Positions 9,355 to 19,450 are shown, counted from the stretch's first letter. The stretch: DNA of 64,000 nt from an uncultured Nitrospirales bacterium (GCA_964620045.1 CAZUJL010000022.1:1498-65497), one strand, 5' to 3'. The notes: generated by a model from the sequence alone, not told the origin. Program-made: numbers and translations.

Positions 9355-11379
9355 CTAGACCTTGGCGAGTTCGGCTTCCTCGGCCTGCTCGAAGGGTTCC
9401 TCGGCGATCATGCTGCCGATGCAGACGTAGCGCGTGGGGTTGCCGCCGGAGGAAGTGATCAAGCGGGTGCCGCCGCGGGGGACTTCTTCGTTGGGCATCG
9501 TGATGTAGGCTGGATCGGTGTAGAACTTGGCCTTGTTCTCGAAGCAGCCCTCGACCGTGATGCGGTGGCCGGCGGAATCGCCGGCTTCGATCCGCATCTG
9601 GTACTGCTTCCAGACCACGTCGCGCGCGGCATCGAAGTCTTTCTGCAGGCGGTCCGATTCATCTTTGTATTTTTTGGCGGCCATGAGGCGCTTTTCGATC
9701 GTCCGTGTCATCAGGGTGACGAAGGGCGTGTCGATGCGCTTCTTGAGCCGTTCGCTGGCGCCGCGTTCACCGGCTTTCTTGAGCAGGCGCTGGAGCGTGA
9801 GCACGCGGGAGCGGCCTTGGGCCTCTTCGATCAGTTCCTTCGCCTCGATCGACTTACGAATGTTCTCGCGGCCGAGGCGAATGGTCTCTTCCAGCGCGAT
9901 GAATTCCTGCCGCCAGTGCTGGAGTTTTTCACCGATGTCGGCCAATGCGGAACTCATCAGCTTCCGGTTTCCGCGCACGCCGCGCAGGCGCTTCCGCGAT
10001 TCGGCGACTTGATCGTAGGATTCCGTCAGCGTTGCGTCGTTTGGTTGCTCGCTGATGATTTGCTTCATTTCGCCGTCGAGCCGATCGAAGAAATCCGGTT
10101 CGGCCGCGGCCTCTTCCTCTTCGCCGGTGCCGTCGATCTTGGCTTCGGCTTCCGCGTACAGCGCGCGCAGGCCGAGCAGCACGCGGTTCAAAACATCCAA
10201 GCGCCGTTGCGCGGAGAGCACATCGCCGGCCATCTGACCCGCGGCATCGCCGGCGAGGATGTAGGTCAGCGCGGTTTCGGCGGCGTCTTCGGCTTCTTTC
10301 AGCACGAGTTGAAGTTGCTGGCGAGCGCATTGCAGTTCGGCGCGCGTGCGGAGTGCGCGCGTGACGTCGATCGTCATCTGCTTGCCGGGATTCTCGCCGT
10401 AATCCTTGCACGAAAGGCTGCGGCGGAAGACGATGTCGAGCGTGGCATCGGGCAAGGATCGGAACATGGCGGACTCAACCCGCAGCGACGAGTGCATCTC
10501 GCCCGCTTCGATGCATTCGGCGACCTTAATCGTCGGCGCGAGGAAGCGGCAGCGCGAGGCGCGCTCGCTGACTTTGATCGTGTTGCCGGCGAATACCAGC
10601 TTGGTGCCCGCGGCACGGCGGCAGTGCACCCAGCCGCGCTTGGCGACGATCATGGAGCCGTCGACGATATTGCGCGCGCGCACGTCGCCATTGCGGCTGA
10701 TCACGACGCCGGAGATGTTTTCGAGCACTTCGCAGGTGCCGCTGACGGCGACACGGCCGATGACGAAGCCGTCGACGACGCAGGCGCCGTCCTCGACGAC
10801 GAGCGTGGTGTTTTGCGGCACGTCGCCGAGCACGCGGACGTGGCCGCTGTGTACCATCACGGGCCCGCGCGAGGGGAGTTCCACGCCGGCGATGACGCGC
10901 ACTTCGCGCGCTTGCGCGGCGAGGATGTCTTGCGCGCGGATGACGAGGAAGCGCGCGGACAAGGCGGGCGTGCCGACGACGGCGGGCATGCCGGCGCGGC
11001 GTGCGGCGATGCGGGCGCGGCGTGGCGCGATCGCGCGGCGCACACGCTCGAAGGTAACGGGATTTTGTGCGGCGTGCGCGAACCCGTGAACTGCTTCGAG
11101 CAGATCGAGTTCGTCGCGGCTCATTTTGTCGACTTCGTCTCTTTCGAGACGGTCGATTAGTTCGCGCAACAGTGTTTGGCTGCGGCGGCCTTCGGAGTTC
11201 GGCTTTGCGTGATCGGAGGCGGAGAGCCAGCGCTCAAGGCGGCCTGGTAATTTTTCGATACCCTCGAGGGGTTCTTTGTCGGCGCCGCCATTGGAAAGCC
11301 ACACTTGGCAGAGGGCCGCGTCCTGGATACCGAGCAGGGCGAGCGCCTCGTCGTCCATCGACAAGACGTGCTCCACCAA
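9355..11379 (-). CDS. FapA/DUF342-like protein (beta-helix plus long coiled coil)
   Basis: 674 aa; central region of short V/G-rich repeats (VIAGVELPSRGPVMVHSGHVRVLGDV...VVEDGACVVDGFVIGRVAVSGTCEVLEN) suggestive of a beta-helix, followed by a long Glu/Arg/Leu-rich coiled coil; resemblance to the FapA family is from memory. Confidence 0.35.
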   Translation of the reverse strand: MVEHVLSMDDEALALLGIQDAALCQVWLSNGGADKEPLEGIEKLPGRLERWLSASDHAKPNSEGRRSQTLLRELIDRLERDEVDKMSRDELDLLEAVHGFAHAAQNPVTFERVRRAIAPRRARIAARRAGMPAVVGTPALSARFLVIRAQDILAAQAREVRVIAGVELPSRGPVMVHSGHVRVLGDVPQNTTLVVEDGACVVDGFVIGRVAVSGTCEVLENISGVVISRNGDVRARNIVDGSMIVAKRGWVHCRRAAGTKLVFAGNTIKVSERASRCRFLAPTIKVAECIEAGEMHSSLRVESAMFRSLPDATLDIVFRRSLSCKDYGENPGKQMTIDVTRALRTRAELQCARQQLQLVLKEAEDAAETALTYILAGDAAGQMAGDVLSAQRRLDVLNRVLLGLRALYAEAEAKIDGTGEEEEAAAEPDFFDRLDGEMKQIISEQPNDATLTESYDQVAESRKRLRGVRGNRKLMSSALADIGEKLQHWRQEFIALEETIRLGRENIRKSIEAKELIEEAQGRSRVLTLQRLLKKAGERGASERLKKRIDTPFVTLMTRTIEKRLMAAKKYKDESDRLQKDFDAARDVVWKQYQMRIEAGDSAGHRITVEGCFENKAKFYTDPAYITMPNEEVPRGGTRLITSSGGNPTRYVCIGSMIAEEPFEQAEEAELAKV

Positions 11380-11508
11380 TCGGCGAATGTTGTCGCGCGG
11401 TGCGATGACGAGCCCCCTTGAACGGTCGCGGAATATTCCGTCACCCGTTCCCCCTTGATTACTAACCTATTGTGCGGTAAATCGGGTTGCGTCGCAAGAG
11501 AAATCTGG

Positions 11509-12420
11509 TCAGATTAGTTTGATGGCCTTCAGACGGCTCCGCAAATCCCGCTTTTCTATGGCGGTCATTTCTCGCTGCGGTGGGCGGACGAAACCGGTCT
11601 CGTGGCCGAGCAGGCGGACCGCCTCTTTGTAGGTGGAAATCATGGCGCCGCCGCCGAGCGCGGTGCAGACTGCGTTCAGCTTGTGCTGCGTGGCGAGCGC
11701 GCGGTCGAGTTTGCCTTTCTTCACGTCGTCGTAAATCGAGAGGAAGAGCTCGGGGGTGACGTTGGCCGTCAGCGCAACCGAACCGGCGGCCCCGGTGAGG
11801 TAAGCCTGATACGAGAACTCGTCGGCGCCGTTGATCACGACGAAGCCTTTGGGTGCGCCGGCGATTACCTTGGTGAGGTGGCCGATGTCGCCGCTGCTGT
11901 CCTTCATGCCGACGATGCAGTCGAAGTCATTCGCGAGGCGGTGGATCAGCGCGGGCGACATGGTGTTGCCGGTGTAGCGCGGGATGTTGTAGAGCATCTG
12001 CGGCATTTCGGGGACGGCCTTGGCGACGTGCGCGAAGTGGCCGTAGAGCGATTCGTCGTCGTAGCGGTAGAAGCCGGGCGCGTAGATGGCGGCGGCGTGT
12101 GCGCCGATTTCGTGCGCGTGGCGCGTGAGGTCGATGGTCTGCGGCACGTCGAGGCAGCCGGTCTGCACGACGACTTTAATTTGGCGGCCGACGGCGTCCA
12201 TATATACGCAGGCGAGTTGCTTGCGCTCTTCGGCGGACATCAGCAGGCCTTCGCCGCTGGAGCCGGCCATGAAAATGCCGTGCACGCCTTTCTTCGCGAG
12301 GGTTTCGGCCCAGGCGGCGGCTTTGTCGAAATCGATCTCGGTGCCGCCCTTCTTAAACGGGGTCAGAATTGCGGGCAGAATCCCCTCAAGCTTGAACTTC
12401 ATTGCGCGCACATCCTCCAC
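11509..12420 (-). CDS. dihydrodipicolinate synthase / N-acetylneuraminate lyase family (class I aldolase) protein
   Basis: 303 aa (alternative start at Met7, 12402); TPF ... GVHGIFMAGSSGEG ... and Schiff-base lysine context GMKDSSGD typical of the DapA/NAL family. Confidence 0.75.
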   Translation of the reverse strand: MEDVRAMKFKLEGILPAILTPFKKGGTEIDFDKAAAWAETLAKKGVHGIFMAGSSGEGLLMSAEERKQLACVYMDAVGRQIKVVVQTGCLDVPQTIDLTRHAHEIGAHAAAIYAPGFYRYDDESLYGHFAHVAKAVPEMPQMLYNIPRYTGNTMSPALIHRLANDFDCIVGMKDSSGDIGHLTKVIAGAPKGFVVINGADEFSYQAYLTGAAGSVALTANVTPELFLSIYDDVKKGKLDRALATQHKLNAVCTALGGGAMISTYKEAVRLLGHETGFVRPPQREMTAIEKRDLRSRLKAIKLI

Positions 12421-12482
12421 GGAGAGCCAAGAGGGTACGATCTGGTACCGTAACCCGTCAACATTTTACGGTTCACAGAACG

Positions 12483-13076
12483 ATGGCAGAACGCTTCCTC
12501 ACACATTCGACACCGGCGCTCATCGCGGCGAACGCCGTCGCGATCGTGGTGGCCACGGTCGGCGGCTGGTCGCTGGGCGACTTGTTCCGGCTATACCTCA
12601 TTGAGCTTGTGGCGGTCGGCGTGATCACGCTGGGCCAGATCCACCGCGCGAGCAAACCCGGCGCATTCGCGAAGTCGCAGGGCTATCTATTGATCTTTTT
12701 TGTTGCACACTACGGCAGCTTCTGCGTCTTTTACCTCGCGCTGCTACCGCGGATTGTGGCTGATTTTGGAGCGGTCGCGGTGAATTTCTGGATCGTGGTG
12801 ATCGTGCCGGCCGTCGCGTTCGCCGTCGCGCATGCTGTGTCGTTCGTAAGCGATTATCTCCCGCGCGAAGCGTCGCGGATATCCAGCCTGCAGGCGATGG
12901 CGCTGCCGTATGCGCGCGAGCTTCCGGTGCATGTTCCGTTGATTCTCGCGGCGGCGTTTCTGTCCGGCGTCATTCCCGCGCACCAGGCGGCAATTGGGTT
13001 CGCGCTTGGGAAAACGGCCATCGATGTGTTCGCGCACATCACGCTGCACCGGCGGTTGACGGCTTACGCGACGTGA
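12483..13076 (+). CDS. hypothetical integral membrane protein
   Basis: About 5 predicted TM segments; start placed at MAERFL (ORF track begins 12402); no recognisable motif. Confidence 0.3.
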   Translation: MAERFLTHSTPALIAANAVAIVVATVGGWSLGDLFRLYLIELVAVGVITLGQIHRASKPGAFAKSQGYLLIFFVAHYGSFCVFYLALLPRIVADFGAVAVNFWIVVIVPAVAFAVAHAVSFVSDYLPREASRISSLQAMALPYARELPVHVPLILAAAFLSGVIPAHQAAIGFALGKTAIDVFAHITLHRRLTAYAT

Positions 13077-13244
13077 ATGATCCCGCGCTGCGTGTCCCTT
13101 CATATCCCTCTATATAGCTGACCGCTCGTTGCACTCGCTGGAAACACTGGTTGCGGGACAAGGGGTCAAGCGGCGGGACGCCGCTTCCACATTAGGGGCG
13201 CGAAACAAGGGGTTTTGAAATTCTGGTTTTGCGAAGTTCAGATA

Positions 13245-15227
13245 TTAAGGCGCAGTTACGCCGATTCGGGCGATGCCGTTGACGGATTGGATTGTCATGG
13301 CTTTGTCGATGGTTGGGGTTTCGGCAGATTCGGCATCGGCGGTGTCACCCTTGATGTTGATGGTGCCGCCAGAATCTATAAGGGTGATCACCTCGGTCAA
13401 TGTATTGAAGGGGTGAGTTTCGATCCCGGCTTCGGGCCCAATCGCGGCGAAGTCGATCCACATGATGTCGGTGGGCGGGAAACTGGCGGCGTTTAGAACG
13501 CCGGTGCCGGCAGCGACCTCTCCACCGTCTCCGAAGCCATCGCCGTCGGTATCGAATAACAGCGGGTTGATGCCGAAAACGCTTTCGACCAGATTGCTGA
13601 GGCCGTCGCCGTCGTAGTCGTTTTGGCCGTCGGCGACTCCGTCTGGACTATTCGCGCCGTTGTTGCCGGTGGTGTCGCCGAGGAAGGCATCAAAGGGATT
13701 TTGGACTCCGGGCGTACCCGGATCGAGGTCTACTGATTCTACGGCATCGGATACGCCATCACCATCGGTGTCGGTTTCAGAAGGTGCGCCGAAACTTGAT
13801 GCGCTGATGGGGTTGTAGCCGAAAGTGAACTCGTCTTCGTTGTTCATGCCGTCGTTGTCCCAATCGTTCCAGCCGTCGATGAGGCTGTCGGACGCGGTGA
13901 CGAAGTTGTCGGAGGTGGAGTCGGCGTTTGATGGGTTGAAGGGGTTTTGCGTTCCGGAAATTGCGGAGTCGAGATCGCGGGTTTCGTCATTGTCGGCAAT
14001 GCGATCGTTGTCGGTGTCCGGGCCACGACCGACGCCGGATAGAATTACTGTCCTTGTACCTGACGAGGCCCCGCTGTAAGGAATGCTTAGAGAAGCCGTT
14101 CGAAGGCCAGAAGCAGATGGCTCGAATCGAACTACGATGTTGCGAACAGATCGTCCGGCGACTGTTCCACTGCTACCTCCACTGAGTATGGCGAAATCAC
14201 TTGCGTGGGTTCCGGAGATGCCAATAGAAGAGACCGACAGGGAACCTATCTGCAAATTCGCAAAAACAACTGTACGTTGTTGACCTAATGAGCTGGGGCT
14301 CGCAGCAGGAAAAACAACAACCTGTGGCGCCAGTGGCGAATTGACTTGCCAACCCAAGTCCCTCATTACAGGAACGCTGAGATCAAGATCGTTAAAGAAG
14401 GCGAACCCGGGCACCGTTTTTTGCATAAGCAAAACCGGTGAATGAGCTGTATGCCAATGATGAACAACTTGTTGCAAATCAGGATGAGTGTGAACCATGG
14501 GAAGAGTACCGAAATCCGTGGAGATTACCCCGGGGCCACCATGAGCGCCGGCAAACGGTGCTGTTGTGGTTCCTCCAAAAAAGATATCACCCAGTTGCAT
14601 GGCGTCAAGGCGAAAGCCGCCATTTGTAGCCGGGCTAGAGGTTACAAATGAATCAAAAATACTTCCATCATCTGCGAAGCCAACAAATAGTCGTTGATCG
14701 TAAATGCTTGGAATGTTTCCTCCAAACAGTCCGTTGGACGTAGTCACTCTCGAACGAAATCCAAAACTATGCCCGAGCTCATGTAGCGCAACAGTCACGA
14801 AATTAGTCAAGCTAAAATCACCAGCGCCATCGAGTTTAAAATAAAAATTTTCTCCAGTATGAAATCGGACACGGGCATGGTAGCCGATATAGTCACCCGT
14901 ACTTGGGGTATAGTTTTCGTCGTCTATTTGACTCGCCAAAGCCGCTGGATATCCTATATCTGGCAAGCCATTGATAGTCAGAAACTCCTGTGTGGGCCGA
15001 CCTTCCCCTGGAGGAGAATCGATGGCAGATAAATCCTCAAACGAGGCGTGAATTTTAATAGGAATCGTTCCTTCCAACGACCGCTCCCATATTTTCATCG
15101 CATGTTCGAAAGCTATTTTCGCCTCATCTGGAAATGGGCCGAAATAGTCTGCAGACATAACAGCCTGTCCACTGACTGGAACACAAATCAGGAGCGAGAG
15201 CACGAAGCTGAGGTGCCTTACAAACAT
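13245..15227 (-). CDS. secreted zinc metalloprotease (HExxH) with C-terminal thrombospondin type-3-like calcium-binding repeats
   Basis: Signal peptide; VALHELGHSFGF zincin motif; C-terminal Asp-rich repeats DTDGDGVSDAVE, DYDGDGLSNLVE, DTDGDGFGDGGE; 5' catalytic-domain portion of the gene lies in the low-GC patch. Confidence 0.6.
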   Translation of the reverse strand: MFVRHLSFVLSLLICVPVSGQAVMSADYFGPFPDEAKIAFEHAMKIWERSLEGTIPIKIHASFEDLSAIDSPPGEGRPTQEFLTINGLPDIGYPAALASQIDDENYTPSTGDYIGYHARVRFHTGENFYFKLDGAGDFSLTNFVTVALHELGHSFGFRSRVTTSNGLFGGNIPSIYDQRLFVGFADDGSIFDSFVTSSPATNGGFRLDAMQLGDIFFGGTTTAPFAGAHGGPGVISTDFGTLPMVHTHPDLQQVVHHWHTAHSPVLLMQKTVPGFAFFNDLDLSVPVMRDLGWQVNSPLAPQVVVFPAASPSSLGQQRTVVFANLQIGSLSVSSIGISGTHASDFAILSGGSSGTVAGRSVRNIVVRFEPSASGLRTASLSIPYSGASSGTRTVILSGVGRGPDTDNDRIADNDETRDLDSAISGTQNPFNPSNADSTSDNFVTASDSLIDGWNDWDNDGMNNEDEFTFGYNPISASSFGAPSETDTDGDGVSDAVESVDLDPGTPGVQNPFDAFLGDTTGNNGANSPDGVADGQNDYDGDGLSNLVESVFGINPLLFDTDGDGFGDGGEVAAGTGVLNAASFPPTDIMWIDFAAIGPEAGIETHPFNTLTEVITLIDSGGTINIKGDTADAESAETPTIDKAMTIQSVNGIARIGVTAP

Positions 15228-15241
15228 AGGAAATCCTTGGA

Positions 15242-16954
15242 CTATTGTTCCAATGACGGCAATGCAACGGCACCGTTTGGACGAACCAAAAAGCGTTCGT
15301 GAGCATGCTGAACTGGTGTAACGCGATAACCCCGCAACGGAAGGGCGGGACTGCCACTTACATCTACATATGGCCAGAACAAACCGGACTCACTTTTTGA
15401 GTCTGATACCAACCGGCCTTCGCGATCCGTGGTAGCGATCACTTCACTCAACGGCAATGTGCGTTGCAGGTAGATTGATTTGTCGCCTCGCCGTACAATC
15501 CAGATGATTCCAAGTTGTGGCTGGTCGGTTTGTTTTGGCATGACATAGGATCCATCGGATAGTTCGATGAGCCAACCAATCGTTCCGTCTGGTTTTATAA
15601 GAGGCTGTCTCGCTCTTGCGGATATTGGAAATACCACTTCATCGGCAGGAACGGGCCTTACGCCTTGCGCGTCTCGATACGGCCATATGTCATATTCGAA
15701 AGGCAGTGTTTGGTGCTCGGATTCTTCGAGATCGACAATGCCTGTGGATCGAATCGAGGCATATCGGCCGTTCTCCAATTTGCCACTGTGCTCAAGAACA
15801 AGCTCGTTGTCATCTAAATAAGAAACCAGATAATGAGCGTCGCCGACTTGAACGGTGTCGCGAATACCAACAAGTTCCCCATGTTTTCCTAAATATGCTC
15901 TTGAAAGCAGGTAATTTCGGCTCCAAGAGAGACTGATGATCCCAGGATGCAAGCGCGTTGGCGTTTGCGACATGTATCGTCCGGCGTTCATCCATTTAGC
16001 GACAGGCCGAGGCGGCAAGGCTGCTCCAACTTCGCTAAGACTGGCTACGGCGAAAGCAATGCGGCTCTGTTGGCATGTAGGTTCCACTTCATCCACTAGT
16101 GGCGAGTTGGTGAGGTTGCGTAGATTCATTCCAGCGACGGACGTCGAGTAGATGTCGAAATCGCCAGCGCGATCTGACGCAAACAGGACCGACTGGCCAT
16201 CTGGAGACCAGACTGGATCCCTGTCTTCACCTGGATGATCTGTGATTTGCGTTATCTCGCCCGTAGAAGGATTCAGAATATAGATATCGCCGAAGCCGAG
16301 TGTGTTTCCACGTGCAACAATACGAGTTCCGTCTGGTGACCATGCGGGTTGAGTTAGGAAAACAGATCTCTTTATGGAAATTGGTGTCAGCCCCTCTTTA
16401 TTTGCGTGTGAAAGAACATATGCTCGTTTGCGTTCTTCCATTGATATAGTGAGGGAGGAAACAATCAGCTCAGAAGTCGTTGGGGAAATGGCTGGATCAA
16501 ACACCGGGATTGATGCACTCACCATCAGTAATGGAGCACCACTCGTCAAACTCTGACCCATTACCACTGCATCACGTATGCTTTTGCCCATGGACACGAA
16601 GGCTATACCTCCTCCATCCGGTGTCCAGACGGGCTTTATCTCGTTACTTTCGGCATCTTTCGTAAAACGGCGGTTGTCCGATCCGTCTATGTTCATCAGC
16701 CATATGTCGAAGCCACGGCCATCGTCGCGGGCGTAGGCGATTTGTTTGCCATCGGGGGACCAGGCAGGTTGCTGTACGATGGATTTTCCGTCGGTGAGGC
16801 GGACGCGATTGGTGCCGTCGTCGTTCATGGTGTAGATGTCGTAAACGTACATTTGCTGCGCGGCGGCGAGTTGCGCGAGTTGGGCGTGGGCGCGCGGCAA
16901 CAACGTAGCGGACGCCAGAATCACAAGCGGAAACAAGGATTTGCATAGTCGCAC
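15242..16954 (-). CDS. secreted TolB-like beta-propeller (PD40 repeat) protein with uncharacterised C-terminal domain
   Basis: Signal peptide; repeated WSPDG motifs (PAWSPDGKQIAY, VWTPDGGGIAF, PAWSPDGTRIV, PVWSPDGQSVLFASDRAGDFDIY); C-terminal about 270 aa with no recognised motif, encoded in the low-GC patch. Confidence 0.55.
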   Translation of the reverse strand: MRLCKSLFPLVILASATLLPRAHAQLAQLAAAQQMYVYDIYTMNDDGTNRVRLTDGKSIVQQPAWSPDGKQIAYARDDGRGFDIWLMNIDGSDNRRFTKDAESNEIKPVWTPDGGGIAFVSMGKSIRDAVVMGQSLTSGAPLLMVSASIPVFDPAISPTTSELIVSSLTISMEERKRAYVLSHANKEGLTPISIKRSVFLTQPAWSPDGTRIVARGNTLGFGDIYILNPSTGEITQITDHPGEDRDPVWSPDGQSVLFASDRAGDFDIYSTSVAGMNLRNLTNSPLVDEVEPTCQQSRIAFAVASLSEVGAALPPRPVAKWMNAGRYMSQTPTRLHPGIISLSWSRNYLLSRAYLGKHGELVGIRDTVQVGDAHYLVSYLDDNELVLEHSGKLENGRYASIRSTGIVDLEESEHQTLPFEYDIWPYRDAQGVRPVPADEVVFPISARARQPLIKPDGTIGWLIELSDGSYVMPKQTDQPQLGIIWIVRRGDKSIYLQRTLPLSEVIATTDREGRLVSDSKSESGLFWPYVDVSGSPALPLRGYRVTPVQHAHERFLVRPNGAVALPSLEQ

Positions 16955-17193
16955 GATATTGCCCCCTACCTGTACTACATTAGTGATCAGTTATTCAGAA
17001 ATGTCAAGGTGATGGTTAGAATATCCGTTACACGCGGAGGGTTGCAGATTTGGCGGGGCGGTAGTTTCGTGCTAAGTTCTTAGCGTGTCGACGTTTATAC
17101 GATGGAATGGGCGGCCATTTGTAACCCTTTCGGGGGAATTGCTCACTATTTGTACAGAGTGGCATGCGTTGAGCCGTTTAGGCCGAGGCGGTC

Positions 17194-17754
17194 GTGGATT
17201 CGGTTAGTGGCGAGGACCGCCGGGACATTGAGGCGAGCCTGCGCGGCGATGAGCGCGCGTATGCCCGGCTGGTGGATCGTTACCAAAGTTTAATCGCAGC
17301 GCAGATGTGGCGTTTCACGCGCGATCCTGTAGTTGTAGAGGAGCTCGTGCAGGAGGCGTTTGTCGAGTGTTACCTCGGCTTGGCGAAGTTTCGCGGGCAG
17401 TCGCCGTTTTTGCATTGGATTCGGCGGATCGCGACGCGGGTCGGGTATCGGCATTGGAAGATCAAGGCGCGCGACAAGCGCAAAGAAGATGCGTTGGCGC
17501 AGGAGCCGCGGCCGGACGTGCAAGCGCCGGCGGACCCGGCGCCGGCGGAAGCGGCCGCGTGGTTGCAAGGGATCTTGGCGCAGTTGCCGCCGGAAGATCG
17601 GTTGGTGCTGACGCTGCACTATTTTGAAGATTTGGATATGAACGGCATCGCGCAGCGGATGGGTTGGACGCGATCGCTGGCGAAAGTGCGCGCGTTTCGG
17701 GCGCGGAAGCGCCTGCGCGCGCTGTTGAAGGAGGCAGGGTATGACGAATTTTGA
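17194..17754 (+). CDS. ECF-type RNA polymerase sigma factor (sigma-70 family)
   Basis: 186 aa, GTG start; region 2 (YARLVDRYQSLIAAQMWRFTRD ... EELVQEAFV) and region 4 HTH (LTLHYFEDLDMNGIAQRMGWTRSLAKVRAFRARKRLR); preceded by an AT-rich intergenic region. Confidence 0.8.
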   Translation: MDSVSGEDRRDIEASLRGDERAYARLVDRYQSLIAAQMWRFTRDPVVVEELVQEAFVECYLGLAKFRGQSPFLHWIRRIATRVGYRHWKIKARDKRKEDALAQEPRPDVQAPADPAPAEAAAWLQGILAQLPPEDRLVLTLHYFEDLDMNGIAQRMGWTRSLAKVRAFRARKRLRALLKEAGYDEF

Positions 17755-18025
17755 TTCACACGATACGCAATCGCGCGATCCGTTGGCGTCGATTGCGGCG
17801 CGCGCGCGATTGGAGCCGGCGCCGGCGGTCGATGTGACGGCGGCGGTGTTGCGCCGTCTGCGCGTGGTCTCGGCGGCGGATGCGGTCGAGCGGCCGATGC
17901 TGTGGCTGGCGGCGGGCGCGTTTACGGCCGCGGCGATCATCATGTTCTTCGCGATGCCGTACATCAGCGGCGCGCTGGATCCGTTGACGGAATTCATGGC
18001 CGAAGGGACCTCGACGGTTATCTAA
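17741..18025 (+). CDS. putative anti-sigma factor (small single-pass membrane protein)
   Basis: 94 aa; overlaps the sigma factor gene by 14 nt; one TM segment (MLWLAAGAFTAAAIIMFFAMPYI); assignment by genomic context only. Confidence 0.4.
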   Translation: MTNFDSHDTQSRDPLASIAARARLEPAPAVDVTAAVLRRLRVVSAADAVERPMLWLAAGAFTAAAIIMFFAMPYISGALDPLTEFMAEGTSTVI

Positions 18026-18031
18026 GGCCGC

Positions 18032-18610
18032 ATGAGCAACGACGTCTCCCAACAGACCGCGCCGGAAGGCGCACTGCCGATGCCGCGCCGTTCCCGCATG
18101 AAGGCCTTTATGCTGGGGACGGTGTTGCTGCTTAGCGGCGTGGTGATTGGCAGCGGGCTTACATTGATCGGATTGAACCGCCGCGCGCAGGAGTTTCGCC
18201 AGCGGCCGGACATGTTTTCGAACCGCATTCTGTCGAAGATGGAAACGGATCTGGAACTGACCAAGGAACAGAAGTCGGAACTCAGCAAGATTTTCAAAGC
18301 GGCGCGCGAAGATCTCGACGACGTGCGCCGCCAGCATCGCGTTCAGGCACAGGCGTTCTTCCGCGATTTCCACGATCAGGTTGCGCAAGTGTTGACTGTG
18401 AAGCAGCAGGGTCAGTGGGAAGAATGGTGGAAGCGCGCGAGAGAGCGTGCGTTCCAGGAACGCGGCGGTCCCGGTGGTCCGAGCGGACAGGCTGGTCCCG
18501 GCGGACAAGGCGGGAAGCCGAAGCCGGAGAATCAAAAAGAAGGCGGGAAGCCTGAAAAGGCACCGCCACCGCCGAACGATCAGGCTCCTCCCCCGCCGCC
18601 GGAACAATAG
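18032..18610 (+). CDS. periplasmic LTXXQ-motif (Spy/CpxP/ZraP-like) stress protein with Pro/Gly-rich tail
   Basis: TM/signal segment, then LELTKEQKSELSKIF (LTXXQ motif) and helical Arg/Gln-rich region; C-terminal GGPGGPSGQAGPGGQGGKPKPE low-complexity tail. Confidence 0.5.
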   Translation: MSNDVSQQTAPEGALPMPRRSRMKAFMLGTVLLLSGVVIGSGLTLIGLNRRAQEFRQRPDMFSNRILSKMETDLELTKEQKSELSKIFKAAREDLDDVRRQHRVQAQAFFRDFHDQVAQVLTVKQQGQWEEWWKRARERAFQERGGPGGPSGQAGPGGQGGKPKPENQKEGGKPEKAPPPPNDQAPPPPPEQ

Positions 18611-18613
18611 CGC

Positions 18614-19450
18614 GTGCGTGTTCTGATCGCGGGCTGCGGGTACGTAGGGTGCGGATTGGGCGAGCGGCTTGCGCGCGAGGGGCATACCGTAGTCGGCCTG
18701 CGACGCGACCCCTCCGGTTTGCCTTCGTCGATCACTCCGTGTGCCGCTGATCTTTCTGAACCAGATTCCCTGCGCACGTTGCCGGGGCCCTTCGAGGTTG
18801 TTTTTTATACCGCCGGATCCTCGGGGCACACGGACGACGCGTATCGCACGGCGTATGTCGCTGGATTGCGGAATGTGTTGGACGCGATCGGTCAACAAAC
18901 CACACCACCGAAGCGCGTGATCTTTACGTCGTCGACGGCGGTGTATGCGCAGACGGATGGCGGCTGGGTCGATGAGGATTCGCCCACGGTGCCGGACGGC
19001 TTCAGCGGGCGACGCATGCTGGAGGCGGAACTACTGCTTGCGGCGAGTTCACTCGAAACGATCGCGGTGCGCCTGGGCGGGATTTATGGTCCGGGGCGCA
19101 CTGGGTTGATTGATCGCGTGCGGCGCGGCGAGGCGCGGCGCGAAAAAGATCGCGTGCGCTACATCAATCTGATTCATCTCGAAGATATTGTCGGTTCGCT
19201 TGTTCATTTGATGACTATCGATCGGCCGCAACGCGTGTATCTCGGTGTCGACGACGAGCCGCAGGAATACAACGCGCTCGTCGAATGGCTGGCGGCGCGG
19301 CTGGGCGTGCCTCCTCCCCCATTTTCAGACGAACCACAAACGCGCGGCCGCGCGGCGCACAACCGGCGCTGCTCAAACCGGCGACTGCGCGAGAGTGGGT
19401 ATGCATTCACGAAAAGCAGTGCCCGTATTGGGTACGCCGCGTTGCTTTAA
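18614..19450 (+). CDS. NAD(P)-binding epimerase/dehydratase-family (atypical SDR) protein
   Basis: GTG start; N-terminal Rossmann motif MRVLIAGCGYVGCGLG; about 278 aa; last gene of the sigma-factor operon. Confidence 0.6.
   Translation: MRVLIAGCGYVGCGLGERLAREGHTVVGLRRDPSGLPSSITPCAADLSEPDSLRTLPGPFEVVFYTAGSSGHTDDAYRTAYVAGLRNVLDAIGQQTTPPKRVIFTSSTAVYAQTDGGWVDEDSPTVPDGFSGRRMLEAELLLAASSLETIAVRLGGIYGPGRTGLIDRVRRGEARREKDRVRYINLIHLEDIVGSLVHLMTIDRPQRVYLGVDDEPQEYNALVEWLAARLGVPPPPFSDEPQTRGRAAHNRRCSNRRLRESGYAFTKSSARIGYAALL

Noticed and set aside
9283-11160. 625-aa plus-strand ORF antisense to the FapA-like gene
   Set aside because: Gly/Ala/Asp-rich with no motifs. Antisense shadow ORF of a high-GC gene.
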